Below, in pieces: positions 19,700 to 33,086 of a stretch of DNA of 64,000 nt. Within the stretch, counting starts at the first letter, position 1; each line of letters starts with the position of its first letter. This stretch comes from Schizochytrium sp. TIO01. Taxonomy: Eukaryota > Protista > Bigyra: Labyrinthulomycetes. A model generated the notes under the pieces. That model ran no database searches. It had not been told where the DNA came from and saw nothing but the letters and a program-made list of their open reading frames with translations. A program made the translations under genes and the position numbers. The stretch covers positions 1,240,001 to 1,304,000 of the forward strand of contig SMSO01000032.1 of the NCBI GenBank assembly GCA_004764695.1. The letters are read 5' to 3'.

Positions 19700-22600
19700 G
19701 ATGGTTCAATCTGAGAATGTAAAAGCGAACGAGGTAAAGATGTCCTGACCGAAGAAGCCTTGGTGTTCACAGTCGTACTATTTCTTATTTGTCTCGTTTC
19801 CGATCGCGGCGTGCCTCCCTAGAGGATCGCAGGCCCTTTCCTGGACGAGATTCGAGATTGAAGGTGTTGGCGATTGAGAAGGAGACCCGCGAGCGAGAAG
19901 AAGAGGCAAGTGCAGGAACAAAGGATAGCAAGCACTAGCACGACAGCTCGAGCTGGTGTTTACCGTTCGCTTTCAGTTGGAGCAAAGGCACGTCCGAGTT
20001 TCCGGTAAGGAATTAGCGCCGCGGCGGTCCTTGCTCGCGGCGGTCCCTGGCAGTCACGCACGGTAATCCAAGTCCTCGCGGCAGAGCAAGCAAGCTCCGT
20101 GCGGGCTTGCCGTTTTGTTGCGGCACACGCTGTAGTTGTTGTAGTAGTAGTTGTTGTTGTGGCTTTGGACGCGGGACTTATGCAGGACCTCTTTTTACTT
20201 GCAGAGAGGCGGTGGAGGGCTAGTAGGAGTTGCCTTTACCAGTATCGACTGAGTACTGAGCGGAAGAAGGAGGATGGATGGATTAAAAGGGACTGGGAGG
20301 GTCAGAAGCGGGCCCTTCTCTGCCTCGCCTGTTTCTGTTTACTTATGCTAACTTTCGCTTACGTTCGCCTACCTACTTCTGTCTACGATTTTTGTCTTTC
20401 GCTCTCTAAAGTACTTCTGCGAACCTTTTGGTTTTGTTCCCTTTTTTCTTTCTTTTTCTTTCTTTTCCTTTCTTTAGAAGAAGAAAAAGTAAAATGTTTC
20501 ATTCTCATCCGCTCGAAAGAAATGAAACAGCCTCAAAGGATGAGGAGGAGGAGGAGGAATGAAAACTGGTGACACGCTCTATGCAGACAGCTGCCGCAGG
20601 CTCATTTCGAGGGTATAGAACAGCTCCTGACAATGTCTCTCGAGCTTGCTCTTGCTTCGTTCCTCAATAGACCATCAGTCGAATAGCTGAAGACTGCACA
20701 AGAGCAGCTTTTCGTTTGTGTTTGTTTACCAATAAAATAAACAAATCAATAATTAAATCAATGATCAGCAACAATGATAAAAAAATAAAAATATGTATAT
20801 ATACGGCGAGAAAAGCAAGAACTCTTCGGAGAAAGCAATAAGAAGCCTGCACGATTTTGATCTCAAACAGTTTCCTTCGCGTGCCAACTCTAAGATTGGC
20901 GCTGCGACAACTAATTGATGTCTCCTGACTAGCTACCCACGCAAAACTACTACAAAAATACCGGAAGCCCGAACGGCTGCACTTTAAAGCAGAGCACTTT
21001 CAACAGCCGATCTCTCTATTACCTTCTTACCCAACTTGCTAACTATTTATTTAAAATAAATAATAATTAAACACAACAATGTTATAAAAAGCTTTTTCAT
21101 TATAAAAGACCAAAAGAGAAGAAGAAAAGAAAAAGAAAAAGAAAAAGAAAAAGAGCTACGCTCTGCATAGCATCAGCTAGTCGATTCGCTAGCAGTTGGT
21201 GTATTATACACACGACTTGTTCATAAAACTGACTGATCGATGATATGCCAACAGAGGCCGCCGGAAGCCAAAAGACCAAGAGAGCGAGACCAAAGCAGAG
21301 CGCACGAATAGCGGATGTGCAGCGTATGCAGTGTCCACAGGCGCCCGCCTTTATCTCTTGCTTCTCCAGCAGCCCAAATAAGCAGTGCCGACGAGGTAGG
21401 TAGGTGGCCAGTGAGTGGGGCTCCTTCCTCAACGGCCACAGGCGCCTTTTTTTCGACGATCTGTTAAACCGTCAAAGAAACAAAAGAAATAAATGAATAA
21501 ATTAACTAATGAATAAATAAATAAATGAATGAATGAATGAATAAACAAATTAATTGATTTTAAGCGCAACAGAATGAAAGCAGAGCAAAAAGGCCAACAA
21601 AGGCCGAGCAAAGAAATGGAGTCGTGTTGATTGATCGATTGATTGATCTATCGATTGGTTGATTCAATCTTTCACTCATTCGTGAAGCTCCTCCTCGCTC
21701 CCTCTCAGCTGCAGCCTGTGAATAGCGGGAAGATCGAAGAATCGACTTCGGAGACAGAAAACTTCGTCCGTCAGCCAACACGATTCGACCTACCTTGAGT
21801 GCCTGACTCCACTGATACTAAAGAAGCGCGTGCTTCGTGAATTTATGATCGATTTCCATAGAGGCCTAATATGCTTTATTTCTCAATACTCTACTAAAAA
21901 AGAATAGAAAATAATGAATAATAAATCACTCACTCGCAGCTTTTTACATACAAAAAGATTCATTCATTCTTTCTTTCTTTCATGCTTTCCTTGAGGAATT
22001 GCCTGGACTCCCCTGTGGACAGACCTGATGATGTAGCTCAGGGTGGTCGCTGCTGTGCCATGCATCAAGGCTCTCTATTGATTTGCACACAGCGTTGGTC
22101 CTCTCCGCGACGCACCTAAACTTGGCAGGCCTCGCTCGCTCGCTGGCGCAAAGTTCTTATCGGCTAGAAGGAAACTAACTCCCTCGAAAGAACTGTTCTC
22201 ACCATGAAAGGCACTTTTTTTCTTCTTTTTTTGTCTTCTCTTCTCCCTTTTCTTTCGAACTTGAAAGCAAAAGTAAAAACGAGCGAAAAAAAGCGAAAAC
22301 TTTTTTTGTCGAATAACAGGAATTTTATGAAACACTACGGAGGCTGGAACTCCTAAGACCTGGGATGAGCGACTTTTCAATCATGAAGCTTCCAAAGTAA
22401 CTAGGGAAGTGCTCAGTCTCTGGATGAAGGTTGCAGACTGGATGAACTTGTGAAGTATAAAAGAGCTCTGGATCTTGGGAGCCTCGCTTGGGCTGGAGAC
22501 GAAATTCAACTGATTAATTAGCTGCTTACAAAATGATCACAACTAAGACGTTCTCCCAGTAGCACAACTCCTATAGTTATGGCTGAGTGCCTGTCGATGA

Positions 22601-25600
22601 ATGTAATAAATAATAAATCACTAGAACAAGAAGAAAAGGCAAAAGGTTCTTGTTTACTACCTACTATGAAAGTAGAGAATCGAAGAAAGAACTTGAAAGC
22701 AAATGCTCAAATAAAATAAATAAGCAGAAAAGCGAAGAAACAAACTCCTCCGCACCCAGGCTTCTTCTTTCTGTATTTATTAATTGATGTATTTATTCAC
22801 ATGCGTCAGCGGATCGAAGCTGTACTCCGAGGCGGATGAGGTCACAGGAATTCCGCACAGGACAGGATTGAATCAATTTGATCACATCCCTGTCAAAACT
22901 AAGTATATTTCTCTCTGATGAGACAGAATTGTCGATGGTATCCCCTCTCAGTCAGCCTGTGCTCTGGAGAACATTCTGTCAGTGCGGCGCTATTTATTTG
23001 TTTACTTTCATTGCCCTTTCCAAAGGATGGGTGGGGGGATCAAAAGTCTTCAACCTACTCAGTCACACACATCAGATATCTCATACTTTCATCACGAATT
23101 GGAATGTTCAGAATTGCGAATGTTCATAATTGCGAGGCCGACTCTCCTTTATCTCGGGTGCAGATGGTGACCTCTACTACATTCATACTCTCATACTCTC
23201 ATTCTCACATTCATATTCATATATAAATATGTTTATATCTCTAACACGGCGGTTTACAACGCGGCTTGAAAGTGCGGTGGCGCCCAGAGCGGATGTTTAG
23301 ATAGATACTCTCCACCGGAATTGGGTATCGAGGCGTGAGGGTGGGTGGTTATTTGCAGCCTGCCACCTTTTTGAGAACTAGTTTCATCTCTTCGAAAGAA
23401 TTGCTGCGCAGTGTCTAAAATCAATATTGGACTCACACCGATCAAACTTTACAAGAGGACTCCCTTCTTCAGTCTCGTGCTTCTGCCTAAAACTAATTCG
23501 CCTCATTCTCTTATTGGTGAGTAGCAACTCAATTAGCAGTCTGCCTACGCAGTACCTCTTGAAATGAGAACGAGAATACAACCATTTCCATAAACCTTTT
23601 GATGTTTATATATTATAGAAATATTTATATTAATAAAATATTTATTTATATATTCATGTAACATTGCAGAATGAAGTGGAATAATCGTGACGTTAAATCT
23701 TCAACAAAACGTGAATCGCTAATGCAAAACACAGGACGCCTCGGGACGCCACCAAACACAGGTTGTGTAGAAGATGAGGGCGCTTCGCGCTGAGTTATGA
23801 GAGTGTCACTGCCAAGCTATGCGTGCCTGTGTTTCACTTTGCCAATAAAACCCTTTTCGAGCTCGATTTTTTCATCTCCAATTTTTATCAATTATTACTA
23901 ACTTATTAAAAAAGTGATCATAATATTAGTTTATATTTATATACCGCATCAACACTAACCTAAAGTTATATACAAACACTAGCAAGGTAGCGCTTCCGGT
24001 AACGACATAAAATCTATCTCTCCTTCGTATTGAAGTTGTAGGCGTACAACGAGGAGACTTTGCGGGTGTTGGTGATCCCGACATGGACCTTCATGATTGG
24101 CCGGTCTTCATGGCATGTTTCCGCTTCTTGGACAGCTTCGCCACGCGTGCGGTGAGAACATCCTAATACTTTCTCGTAGATTTCAGGGTCCATAATGATT
24201 TCACGGCCCTCCTATAAACGTGATGAAACCTACCTGGAAATCATGGCATCATTCAAGACAGAAGCATCTACCTAGGTATGCATACGTATATGTTTACATT
24301 TATGTATTTATGTATTTATGTATGAATGAAGTGTTTGTGAATATACCTAGGTGCTGTAGTTTCCTGAGAGCGCTTGAAGCTTTTGGTGGTCTAGGTCCTG
24401 CACGCGGAGAAACTCTAGGGAAGCGACACAGTGGTCGAGTATGAGTTGAAAAACCAGATGCTGATTGCGCTTCCTTGATGCGGCCTCTTCCGAAGAACAG
24501 TCGAGGACCCGCAGACTGATTTCTCGCCTGCCGGGCCTTGAAGGAATCGCTCATTTGTTTGATCATGCTCAAATAAAAGCAATTAATCACACCATTACCT
24601 ACTGCTCCTTCTTAGTGCCTACCGTAGTAGGCTAGAATCGTGTCTTTCAGTACTTTGTATGTCTTTGGACGTCTTTCACGCACACTTTTAAGGACAGCTT
24701 AGGTACTCAGTTCTATTATGCAATATTCTGTTTCGGAAAGTAAAACAAAATCAAAACCTGCTAGATACCTATGCAGTTTACCTACTAGTATGTATGCTTA
24801 ATAAAAACATTGTTTATTAAAAATTTAAAAAAAATAATGTGCCTATATATCTGACGATTCTTATTTTTATTTTATTTTTGCGAAAAGCTACCTCCCCAGA
24901 TAATAGAAAGGGGTGGAGGTGAAGCTTTGCCAACATGGATAATGACTGATTCAAATTTATGGAGAGTTGAAATCGCATGTCTGACATGAATTCATTTACC
25001 TAGTATTGGTGTGCACACCGAGAAAGACATACAGGCGCCGCCGAGAAAGGATGAAGATGCGTGCCCGCCTTTTGGCCTTTTGGCCTTTTGATTATATATT
25101 ATTTTCATTATAATTGTCTTTTTTTTATATTAATGAAAAATAATTATAAACGTAAAGAGTGAGTATAACAGAACAATATAATTTGCATTGATGACAACTT
25201 CGCCTTCTCACCTGGCTCAGCTGAGTGGCTTGAGGGCTTTCATGATAGCTGGTGATCTGATTCACTCACAGCGAAGACAATACCGACTTCACGGGCAAGT
25301 TGAATAGGTTGAAGGTGCCTTGCTCGGATTTCCAGTGAAGGCCTCTTTTGTTTGTTGTTTCAACCTTGCTACTTCTTTCATTCGCAGAAGAGAAAGGCTA
25401 CCCATCTATATAAGCATAGGTTAAGTTCTATTTACTTTTTCTAAATTATACACGTTCTCATTTGCAGCAAAATGACTTGGACCTTGAACAGAAACTTCGA
25501 CGTGTTTATGAACCAAGACTTTCCATTTTCGCGACGACTCAAAGACAGGGCTCTATTAAAATATGCGTACTCTGCAGCGTTCTATTAAACTCCTTTTGTT

Positions 25601-27685
25601 ATGTTAAGAAAAGGAGTCTTTAATTTATGCAGCCTCTGTTCATAACGATATACTCTTCAGCAAAGGGGGTTAAATACGCGAGGGCGAGGCGGGACTACAG
25701 CATCCTGCGAATGGCGCACGCGGAGAAACGAATTTCAAATCGAGCACTGTAGGAGCACGTTAAACCAAGTATTTTATTATACTGACCAACATGACACTAC
25801 AACATTTCAGCCCGAACAGGTCTTCACGATGGCCATAAAACGCAGGCGACCGTTTAATTCTTTAAAAGTGAGAGCTTGTTGCACTTCATGACTCATTATG
25901 GATTCTCATCATTTCATATATGTATAATTTTAAGCGTACAATACAGACTATGAGCCTTGAAAGTTCAAAGTCTAACAAACATTGAAGGTGGTTGTTATCT
26001 AGCTAGAGTTGGTGAGAACAGTCAAGATTCCGCTTGGCGCACCAGACAGACAGATCAATCTATTTTATTTGTAATTAAAATTTTATTCTAAAGCAGCCCC
26101 ACAACTAAAGTAGGTGCCTCGTCACAGTCTTCAAAGCTCCCGCCCAGCAAATACGGTACCACTGTTACTTGCCTTTGGCGTGTATACTTTCATTTAAAAC
26201 CCAACCTATCAAGGAGACTAAATAAAAAGAGTCAGGTAGCACTTAATACTTGGTATGATTTTGAGAGATGAGAGGAATAAATGACTTAAATATGTTCTCT
26301 TTTTGCGTACATTTATGTATCACCGTACATTTTAACAAGTTTGCGAAGCTTAAACTATGTATAGTAGCTGCAGCCATATTTTGAATAATGATAAAATCTG
26401 CCAGAGATCTCCAAAACAAAATGCCAAGCAAGAAAAAATCATGTTCAACGAAAGGATCAATGCTTGAAGCAAGTTGCTTTCGGACACAGTGCCAAAAGAG
26501 CTTGTCCCCACAATATTCAATTTCTCTATCGACCGAGTTCTTAGTGTGGCTTGGCCGTTTCATTATTTACACTGGTTACAAAAAACTTTGAAATGAACCA
26601 TTCATCAATTCAGTGCCTATAAAGTTTGTGCTCTTCTGCAAGACATCACACTGGATAGATCAATTCTAAGTGACGATAGAAGAAACCAGATTAGTCTTGT
26701 CAAATTTTGTACTACAAATATCCAGACTTAGCCTCTGAAAAAGAAATCAACGACCCCGATCTTGACATTTTCTGACTTTCTAATTTACACTTATATAACG
26801 GAATATTTTAGCTTACTAGGAGCAATCTTGAATTTATGTTGACCCAGCGTTAAAGTGCTCATTTCCAAAGTTAATACTTTTGCATTATGAAAGCACACGG
26901 TGTAATCATAAGTTGTGACGAATTCTAGCATATCTCGGAATGTCTGGAAATGAGTTGGTTTCACTATTGACACTCCTGAAATCTTCATGCAAGTGCATTT
27001 GCTATCGCATCTGTTATCATAAATGCGTAGAAATAATGTTTGATTAAATTAAATACATTCTAATTATCTTGCCCAATATTACTTTAAATATTGCATCACC
27101 TTACCGCCCTGTCCCTCTTAAAAGAATCGTGAAACATCCCAGATTAACCACTTGGCAGCTCTTTTATGTTTCTCCGTGATATTACATTGGTCTTCAATCT
27201 AATTCTAACGAAGTCCTTAGCCTTGAGCAGAGTCACTGTATGAGTTGCCGTGAACATTACAACGTGGATACCATCTCTTCTTCAAATCAATCGTCCAAAA
27301 TTTTAAGATTAAAGTCCCTACTTTTCAGCATTAGATAGGACTCTTCTACCGTCAACCATCTTGCTTGAAGTTTACCCGAATTAGAGCTTTGCTGATAACA
27401 GCCTCTGAACGATAAGAGTGTATCGATGGACTATAGCTGTGAGACTTTCTACTAGATTTGTAGTTTCCACAGATTCCTTCTGTGCCATAAGTTCCTACCT
27501 ATTCATACTCCTAGGAGTACTTATCACCACTTTTTTTCTCTACACTCAATCTTTTTTTTCTGTAAGTATAAACAATATTTGCCTAGTTCGCAATTGCTCA
27601 ATGGATATGCCATCTTGGCAACCCAAACGCACTGCTCTCCCGGTATCGCCACGACGGCTCATCCCCGCTCGCGGCACCGTTAATC

Positions 27686-28798
27686 ATGGGTGTCGCAAGC
27701 ATCCGCAACGCTCTTGAGGAGCTGCCTGTGTCAGCACGGCCACTCGTAGCATATGGTTGCCTCAATCTTGGACTACTAATCGTGGAAGTGGGCTATGGGT
27801 TGTACGCTGGGTCTCTGGGTCTCGTTTCGGATGGTGTACACCTTGGGATCAATTGCTTTGGCATTGCACTATCATTAATAGCGCTAAGGCTCGGTCGCAA
27901 GCCTCCTTCGCTGGATTCTAGTTTCGGTCATGATCGTGTGCATGTGCTCGCAGCCTTCACAAATGCAGTTTTCATGTGCTTCGTGGCAATCTTCCTTGCG
28001 GTCGAGGGACTGCACCAATTTCTTGGCGTTGAACATGGCCACGGGCATGGTTCAAAGCAAGCTGAATCTCCACTTGCTGAAGGTGAAAAAATAACATTTG
28101 ATGCTCATCGGGATCACCAGCTTGAAGAAGCATCTGCAGGCCATGCTCACCTCCATCACCACGCTCACGAAGATCATGTCATAGCTGTGGCACTCGCAGG
28201 TCTTGTGATTAACTTGTTAGGTCTCTTCCTTCTAGCATGGGGTAGCCGTTCATCTCATGGTGGCCGAAACAGTATTTTCGGAGCAAGCTCAAAGTCATAT
28301 AGAAGGTTTGGAGCTATTACAAAAGGTGGACCAGAAGATGAAATTGAACGTGCAGCACGAATGCTGAATTTGCAAGGCATTGTGTTGCATGCTACTTGCG
28401 ATGTTTTTAATTCTGTCGGTGTGATTTGCAGTGCAGTTCTTGTTCGCAAAAGTGGGTGGACTGCTGCAGATCCCTTGGCAGCAGTCATGATTTGTGGCGT
28501 TATTATGTGGTCCTCAGTGCCGCTTCTCATGTCATCAGGGCGGATGCTTCTTCAGGTGGCACCATTTGGCCCTCGCATTGCTTTTGATAAAGGTATTCAT
28601 GAAATTTCAGCTATGCCTGGCGTCCTAGAGTGTCATCGTGACCATATGTGGGAGTATGCTCCTTCAATTCAAGTTTGCACACTTCACGTCCGCGTGCGGG
28701 ATGGAGCTGATGAAGACGCCTTACTTCTTCATATTAATCAGATTCTATCCTCATTCGCGCACCATGTCACTGTGCAGATTACAAAGGACCATGCATAA
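27686..28798 (+). CDS. Cation diffusion facilitator (SLC30/MTP), MTP5/ZnT6-like
   Basis: SLGLVSDGVH, FGHDRVHVLAAFTNA, His-rich loop, LHATCD, ADPLAA, GRMLLQ and the C-terminal CDF domain (HMWE...TLHVRV...VTVQI). Confidence 0.92.
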   Translation: MGVASIRNALEELPVSARPLVAYGCLNLGLLIVEVGYGLYAGSLGLVSDGVHLGINCFGIALSLIALRLGRKPPSLDSSFGHDRVHVLAAFTNAVFMCFVAIFLAVEGLHQFLGVEHGHGHGSKQAESPLAEGEKITFDAHRDHQLEEASAGHAHLHHHAHEDHVIAVALAGLVINLLGLFLLAWGSRSSHGGRNSIFGASSKSYRRFGAITKGGPEDEIERAARMLNLQGIVLHATCDVFNSVGVICSAVLVRKSGWTAADPLAAVMICGVIMWSSVPLLMSSGRMLLQVAPFGPRIAFDKGIHEISAMPGVLECHRDHMWEYAPSIQVCTLHVRVRDGADEDALLLHINQILSSFAHHVTVQITKDHA

Positions 28799-29959
28799 AT
28801 TTGTGTTTCTTTGCCGATTGGTTGCTCGAGCAGTAGGTATTTCTGCTATATTCTTTTCCTGCGTGTAAGCTATCTTTATATGGTTTTCCTTCACTCGAAT
28901 CCTACTCTCCAAAATGTATACTACTATTCCAGTACTAAATCTTGTGGATCCCCTTGAATAATAAAATTGTTCTTCGAATTCCTTCGGTAACAAATCATTT
29001 GGAGCAATCGGGCATCTAGAAAGAACAAAGTTGTTAAAAGTGAGAAGAGCGAATCTGACTAGCCTACATAGTAATATTACATATACCAGAACTACATTTT
29101 AAAGTATAAAACTTCAACCTACTTCGAAACTCATCGCATGCTTTTACAAGCTAGCTAGGTCAACTAATCAAATCAACCTACAATGTTGGCCTGACTTCTT
29201 CATCCCTTGAAGCTCGGAACAGAACACCGTTCTAGAACGTCCCAAGTCATTTCTTTAAACGGCAGATATCGCTCAAAGTTGCTAGAGTTTTGTCAGTTTG
29301 GCGAGCTAGCCTTGCGTCCTCTTTTAGGATATTGTTAGGTATGTATAGCTATACTCACTCACTTTCACTTTAAGTGAAGAGGCAAACAAACTGAAACCTG
29401 AGAAACAAATAATAACAATAGTACTGCGTAAGAACCTACTATTGCGAATATTTTAGTTGGTAGGAAAGAATCAGCAATGAATAAAGAAAGACGCAAAGAG
29501 CGAGGCCAAGCTCCTCAGAGACATACTCCGAACTGCTAATACTCTCTGCGGCCAAGATCGCAACGGACCGCGGAGGCTTCGCAAAGCCAACGTAGCTCGT
29601 CCGCACGAGAAAAGGCAGGCTTGCGACCTGAAGTGAAGACAAGAGCGCGCCCGAGAGGGAGAAAGCGTGGGCTTGCATCTTAGTTTCAACTTTTCTTCTG
29701 AGTAGCACTATATAGCAGTAGGACCTTGGCCGTGCTTGCTTCTGAGCATACTTTGAGGCGCTGCGGCGGGAAGAGCATTGCGGTAGTCTCAGCTTTTAAG
29801 CAATCACGGCAGTTCGGGCTATCCTAGCTTTGTTATTCAAAGGGCTGCGGGCTTGACTTTGCGAAGATTGGTTGCGTAGGTTAGTTGCTGGAGGGACTTC
29901 TCTTTTCTGTGTAAACGGGGAACTGATACCTTAATTTCTCGCGTTGACATCATTGAGAA

Positions 29960-31081
29960 ATGTATCAGCAAGTATCCTCACGCGATGGTGCTATAGATTC
30001 AAGCCCACTTCAGGGACATGAAGATACAGAGGAGTCTCCGATTATCCGTCGATCGACGTCTACAGATTCGCTTCGCAGCGCAGGATCTCGGAGCTCGATT
30101 GGAGCTTCTGATACGCAGAATGTCCGGATTAATATTATTCAGGACGGCGTGTCTCAAAGACTTTCAAGGAGAGCACAGACGAATGTGGATGGAACTACAC
30201 GTGGAAATTATGCCCTTGTGATTCTGCAGACTGTGATGCAGCTGCCTCCCGCGTTAGCTGCCGTCGTCATTGTTCCGCTAACGTGGCATTCGGAATCTTG
30301 CAACCAGCCTCTGGCATTTTGGGCGTTCTTCTATGCTTTGACTTTACTAGCATCACTTTTTGTTTCGTGGACAGTGTATTTTGAGCCGACTGAAGTGCTC
30401 GCAGAGATGTCCCGTCAGAGACGCGTAGCAGAATCCATTCGAAAGCCTCTTGAAAACTTTGCTCTAGGATGGCTCATTATGGGGCAAGTTTGGTTGCAAA
30501 GTGCCTCAGAGTGCTCTGATTCTGCCCCTGTACTTTTCAGCCTTTGCTTCTGGCTTGTAATTATTGGATACTGCTACTTTCTCTTGCCATGTATCATTAT
30601 CGTGCTCATGCTTCCGTTTCTTTGCTTTTGCTTGCCATGTGTTATACGTGTTCTCTCACGGTTTGTTCCTAATGAGGGTGCAACAAGCAAGGGTGCAAGT
30701 AAAGATCTTATTGAGACATTACCACTTAAAAAGTACCATGAGGGGATGTTCCAGGACGAAGCTGACCCGCAATGCGTCATTTGTATCTCAAGTTATGAAA
30801 AGGATCAGGATATTCGTTTCTTGCCATGCGATGCACGTCACCATTTCCATGCATCTTGTGTTGATGGCTGGCTCAAGGTAAATGCGTCATGCCCAATTTG
30901 TCGTGCTCGCATCGATGGTAGTGGCAACGAAGAAGACGCCAATGGCAACGAGGCAGACTTGGAAACTGGCCATGTTGATCAGCAAAATCGCACAGGAAAT
31001 ACACATGCGAATAGCAGAAACGATGATCGTCGCTCGCGCCAACAGGAGCAAGAGCAAGAGTACTCTATGAACCAAGTATGA
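29960..31081 (+). CDS. Multi-pass membrane RING-H2 E3 ubiquitin ligase
   Basis: Several TM segments (CNQPLAFW..., WLIMGQVW, APVLFSLC, CFCLPCVI), GASKDLIETLP, and RING-H2 CVIC...LPCDARHHFHASCVDGWLKVNASCPICR. Confidence 0.93.
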   Translation: MYQQVSSRDGAIDSSPLQGHEDTEESPIIRRSTSTDSLRSAGSRSSIGASDTQNVRINIIQDGVSQRLSRRAQTNVDGTTRGNYALVILQTVMQLPPALAAVVIVPLTWHSESCNQPLAFWAFFYALTLLASLFVSWTVYFEPTEVLAEMSRQRRVAESIRKPLENFALGWLIMGQVWLQSASECSDSAPVLFSLCFWLVIIGYCYFLLPCIIIVLMLPFLCFCLPCVIRVLSRFVPNEGATSKGASKDLIETLPLKKYHEGMFQDEADPQCVICISSYEKDQDIRFLPCDARHHFHASCVDGWLKVNASCPICRARIDGSGNEEDANGNEADLETGHVDQQNRTGNTHANSRNDDRRSRQQEQEQEYSMNQV

Positions 31082-31471
31082 TGGAGTTGATTGACCGTTT
31101 ATATACAGAAACTTACTAAGGCGCTTACTAAGTCTCAGCATGCACTCCACCATTAATATTTGCTATATTATCATTCCCAGTCCTAAGACTGTTGTCGAGC
31201 AACCAAATGACATTATGCAGAGATGAGCATAACGTTCTTCTTGCTGCACCCTTTTGCATCCCCTACTGATATATTTCCCCTTTAAAGCATTACTGTACTT
31301 AATTTACTCCATGGCGGCTATATGATTTAATCCTCGTTGATAAGCTTTCCTTATAGATTAGTGTATCAAGTGTTTCGTAGTATGCAGTCATCGCGAAAAG
31401 GAAAATTTGTATACCTTTTGTTCTATCTCCTTTTCCAGTTGGGTTTAAAGCTCTCTCTATCGAGCCACCAT

Positions 31472-33086
31472 CTACACATCGATTGTCTTAGCAACCTGTA
31501 CATCTTGCCCGTTTGTGTCTCCAAGTTCACTGTTGGGGTCCGTGGGTTCGGCATCTACAAGAACACCGGCTTCTGGAGAGTCTTTTTCAAGTTCTTCGTC
31601 ACTCTTGGCAATTGCACTTGCAGCAGCATCGCCATTCGACTCAGTGTGCACTTGCTCATCCTCGTCGTCACTGTCATCAAATGAGATTTCTGGCTCACGA
31701 GATATCTGCGCAAGCTTTTGATCAAGTGCCTTCAGGGCACGGAGCCTTCGGCGCTCGGCAATGGGGTTCTTAATTTTGCGCGCCCCTAAGCGACCAGTAG
31801 GGGAAGCATTATTTGGCCGAGTAGCACCCCATGACTCAAGGTCATAGTCATCTGCAAAAAGTTGTGATGATGTCCGCAACTGTGCCTCTGCAAAGCCATT
31901 TCTCGGAGAAGGACGTTTATAACACTTGCAAAATCGCACTGCAAAGTTTTCAAGGAGAATACTAATTGTGCGTACGAATGGCCGCACAACGGCAGGGAAA
32001 AATGCGTCGAGCGTGAAAGGATCGTCGCTGTATGCTTCACGTGATGGAAATATAGCGTCAGACTCATGGTTAGAAAAGTCGAAAAGCTTCAATAGCACAA
32101 AGCTTACGGGGAACGCAAACGCAGTGAAGGTGGCGTCGTGAATCCACTTAGAATCGCCATTGATACGTTCGTCCAGAAGAGCAAGACCGCCGTACACCGC
32201 GATTGCAGGAAACACAAAAAGGCGAGATTTTACACGCAGTGACCCGAGTCTGTCCTCCACGTTGACGCGGACATTACCAACCAGAAGAGCAATTAATAGA
32301 CCTGCTTGACCGAAGAAAGTAGAGTTATAAAAGTGGTAAATGGATACTGGAAGTTCACAAAGTAAAAGTACAATAATCATCAAACTCACAAGAGTACATG
32401 TTGTGACAAGATAGGTGGCGATACCGCGAATGCCAATGCTGTGCTCTAACTTCGCTGAGAGCAAGAATACAGCTGGTACAAATATGAGCGCCTGGGTTCA
32501 ATAATCACCATCGCAACGAACCCAGTCACATTCATTTGTCAATTGTGTTGAAAACAATCGCAGGGAGACATCCGTACGATTTAGTGATAGATGATGCAGA
32601 GCGAGTAAACAGAAAAGTCCACGTCATCGGAAAAAATGGTTGAAGCAAGTAATACAATAGTACAAAGGGGTTTTGGACGCCGTCGACAAAGGCATATCCA
32701 CATTCGCAATCGCGTGCATAGTTTGCAAATAAGATCGAAAGAAAAGGCATGAAAATAAACCAGGTGTTCGCATGAGAAACGTTAGTAAGAGGTTGGTCGA
32801 TCAAGAAGACAGACACCTTAGACGACTAGCATTCACCCGCTCAAGAGTATCTATCCTCTGCCACAGGAGACTGACGTACCTTGATGATAGAGGCATCTAC
32901 GAGGTGCCCAGTGACCATGGTCCAGAGATACCAATTCATAAGAAGCGTGTTGCTTGCCACGAGCGCAACGTTATTAGCACTCGGCTCGGACGGCATGGCT
33001 AGAGCGGCATAAACACTGCCAACGGCGCAAACAATGGCAAGCACTGAGCTAGCCGGCGCAGATCGCGCAATGGCAGCGGCTCTCAT
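31472..33086 (-). CDS. TMEM115: TMEM115 (DUF1751, rhomboid-like Golgi membrane protein). Exons 33086-32880 and 32491-31472; 408 aa
   Basis: Phase-0 intron 32879-32492 (GTACGT...CAG) joins WTMVTGHLVDASIIK|ALIFVPAVFLLSAKLE. Motifs FTLDAFFPAVVRP and PIAERRRLRALKALDQKL. Confidence 0.82.

Noticed and set aside
25205-25300. TGGCTCAGCTGAGTGG as a tRNA/SINE A-box
   Set aside because: No B-box or cloverleaf downstream.
1055-27357. 16-bp inverted match GGTTGACGGTAGAAGA (1055-1070 versus 27342-27357)
   Set aside because: About one 16-mer match is expected by chance in 64 kb, and the flanks do not align.
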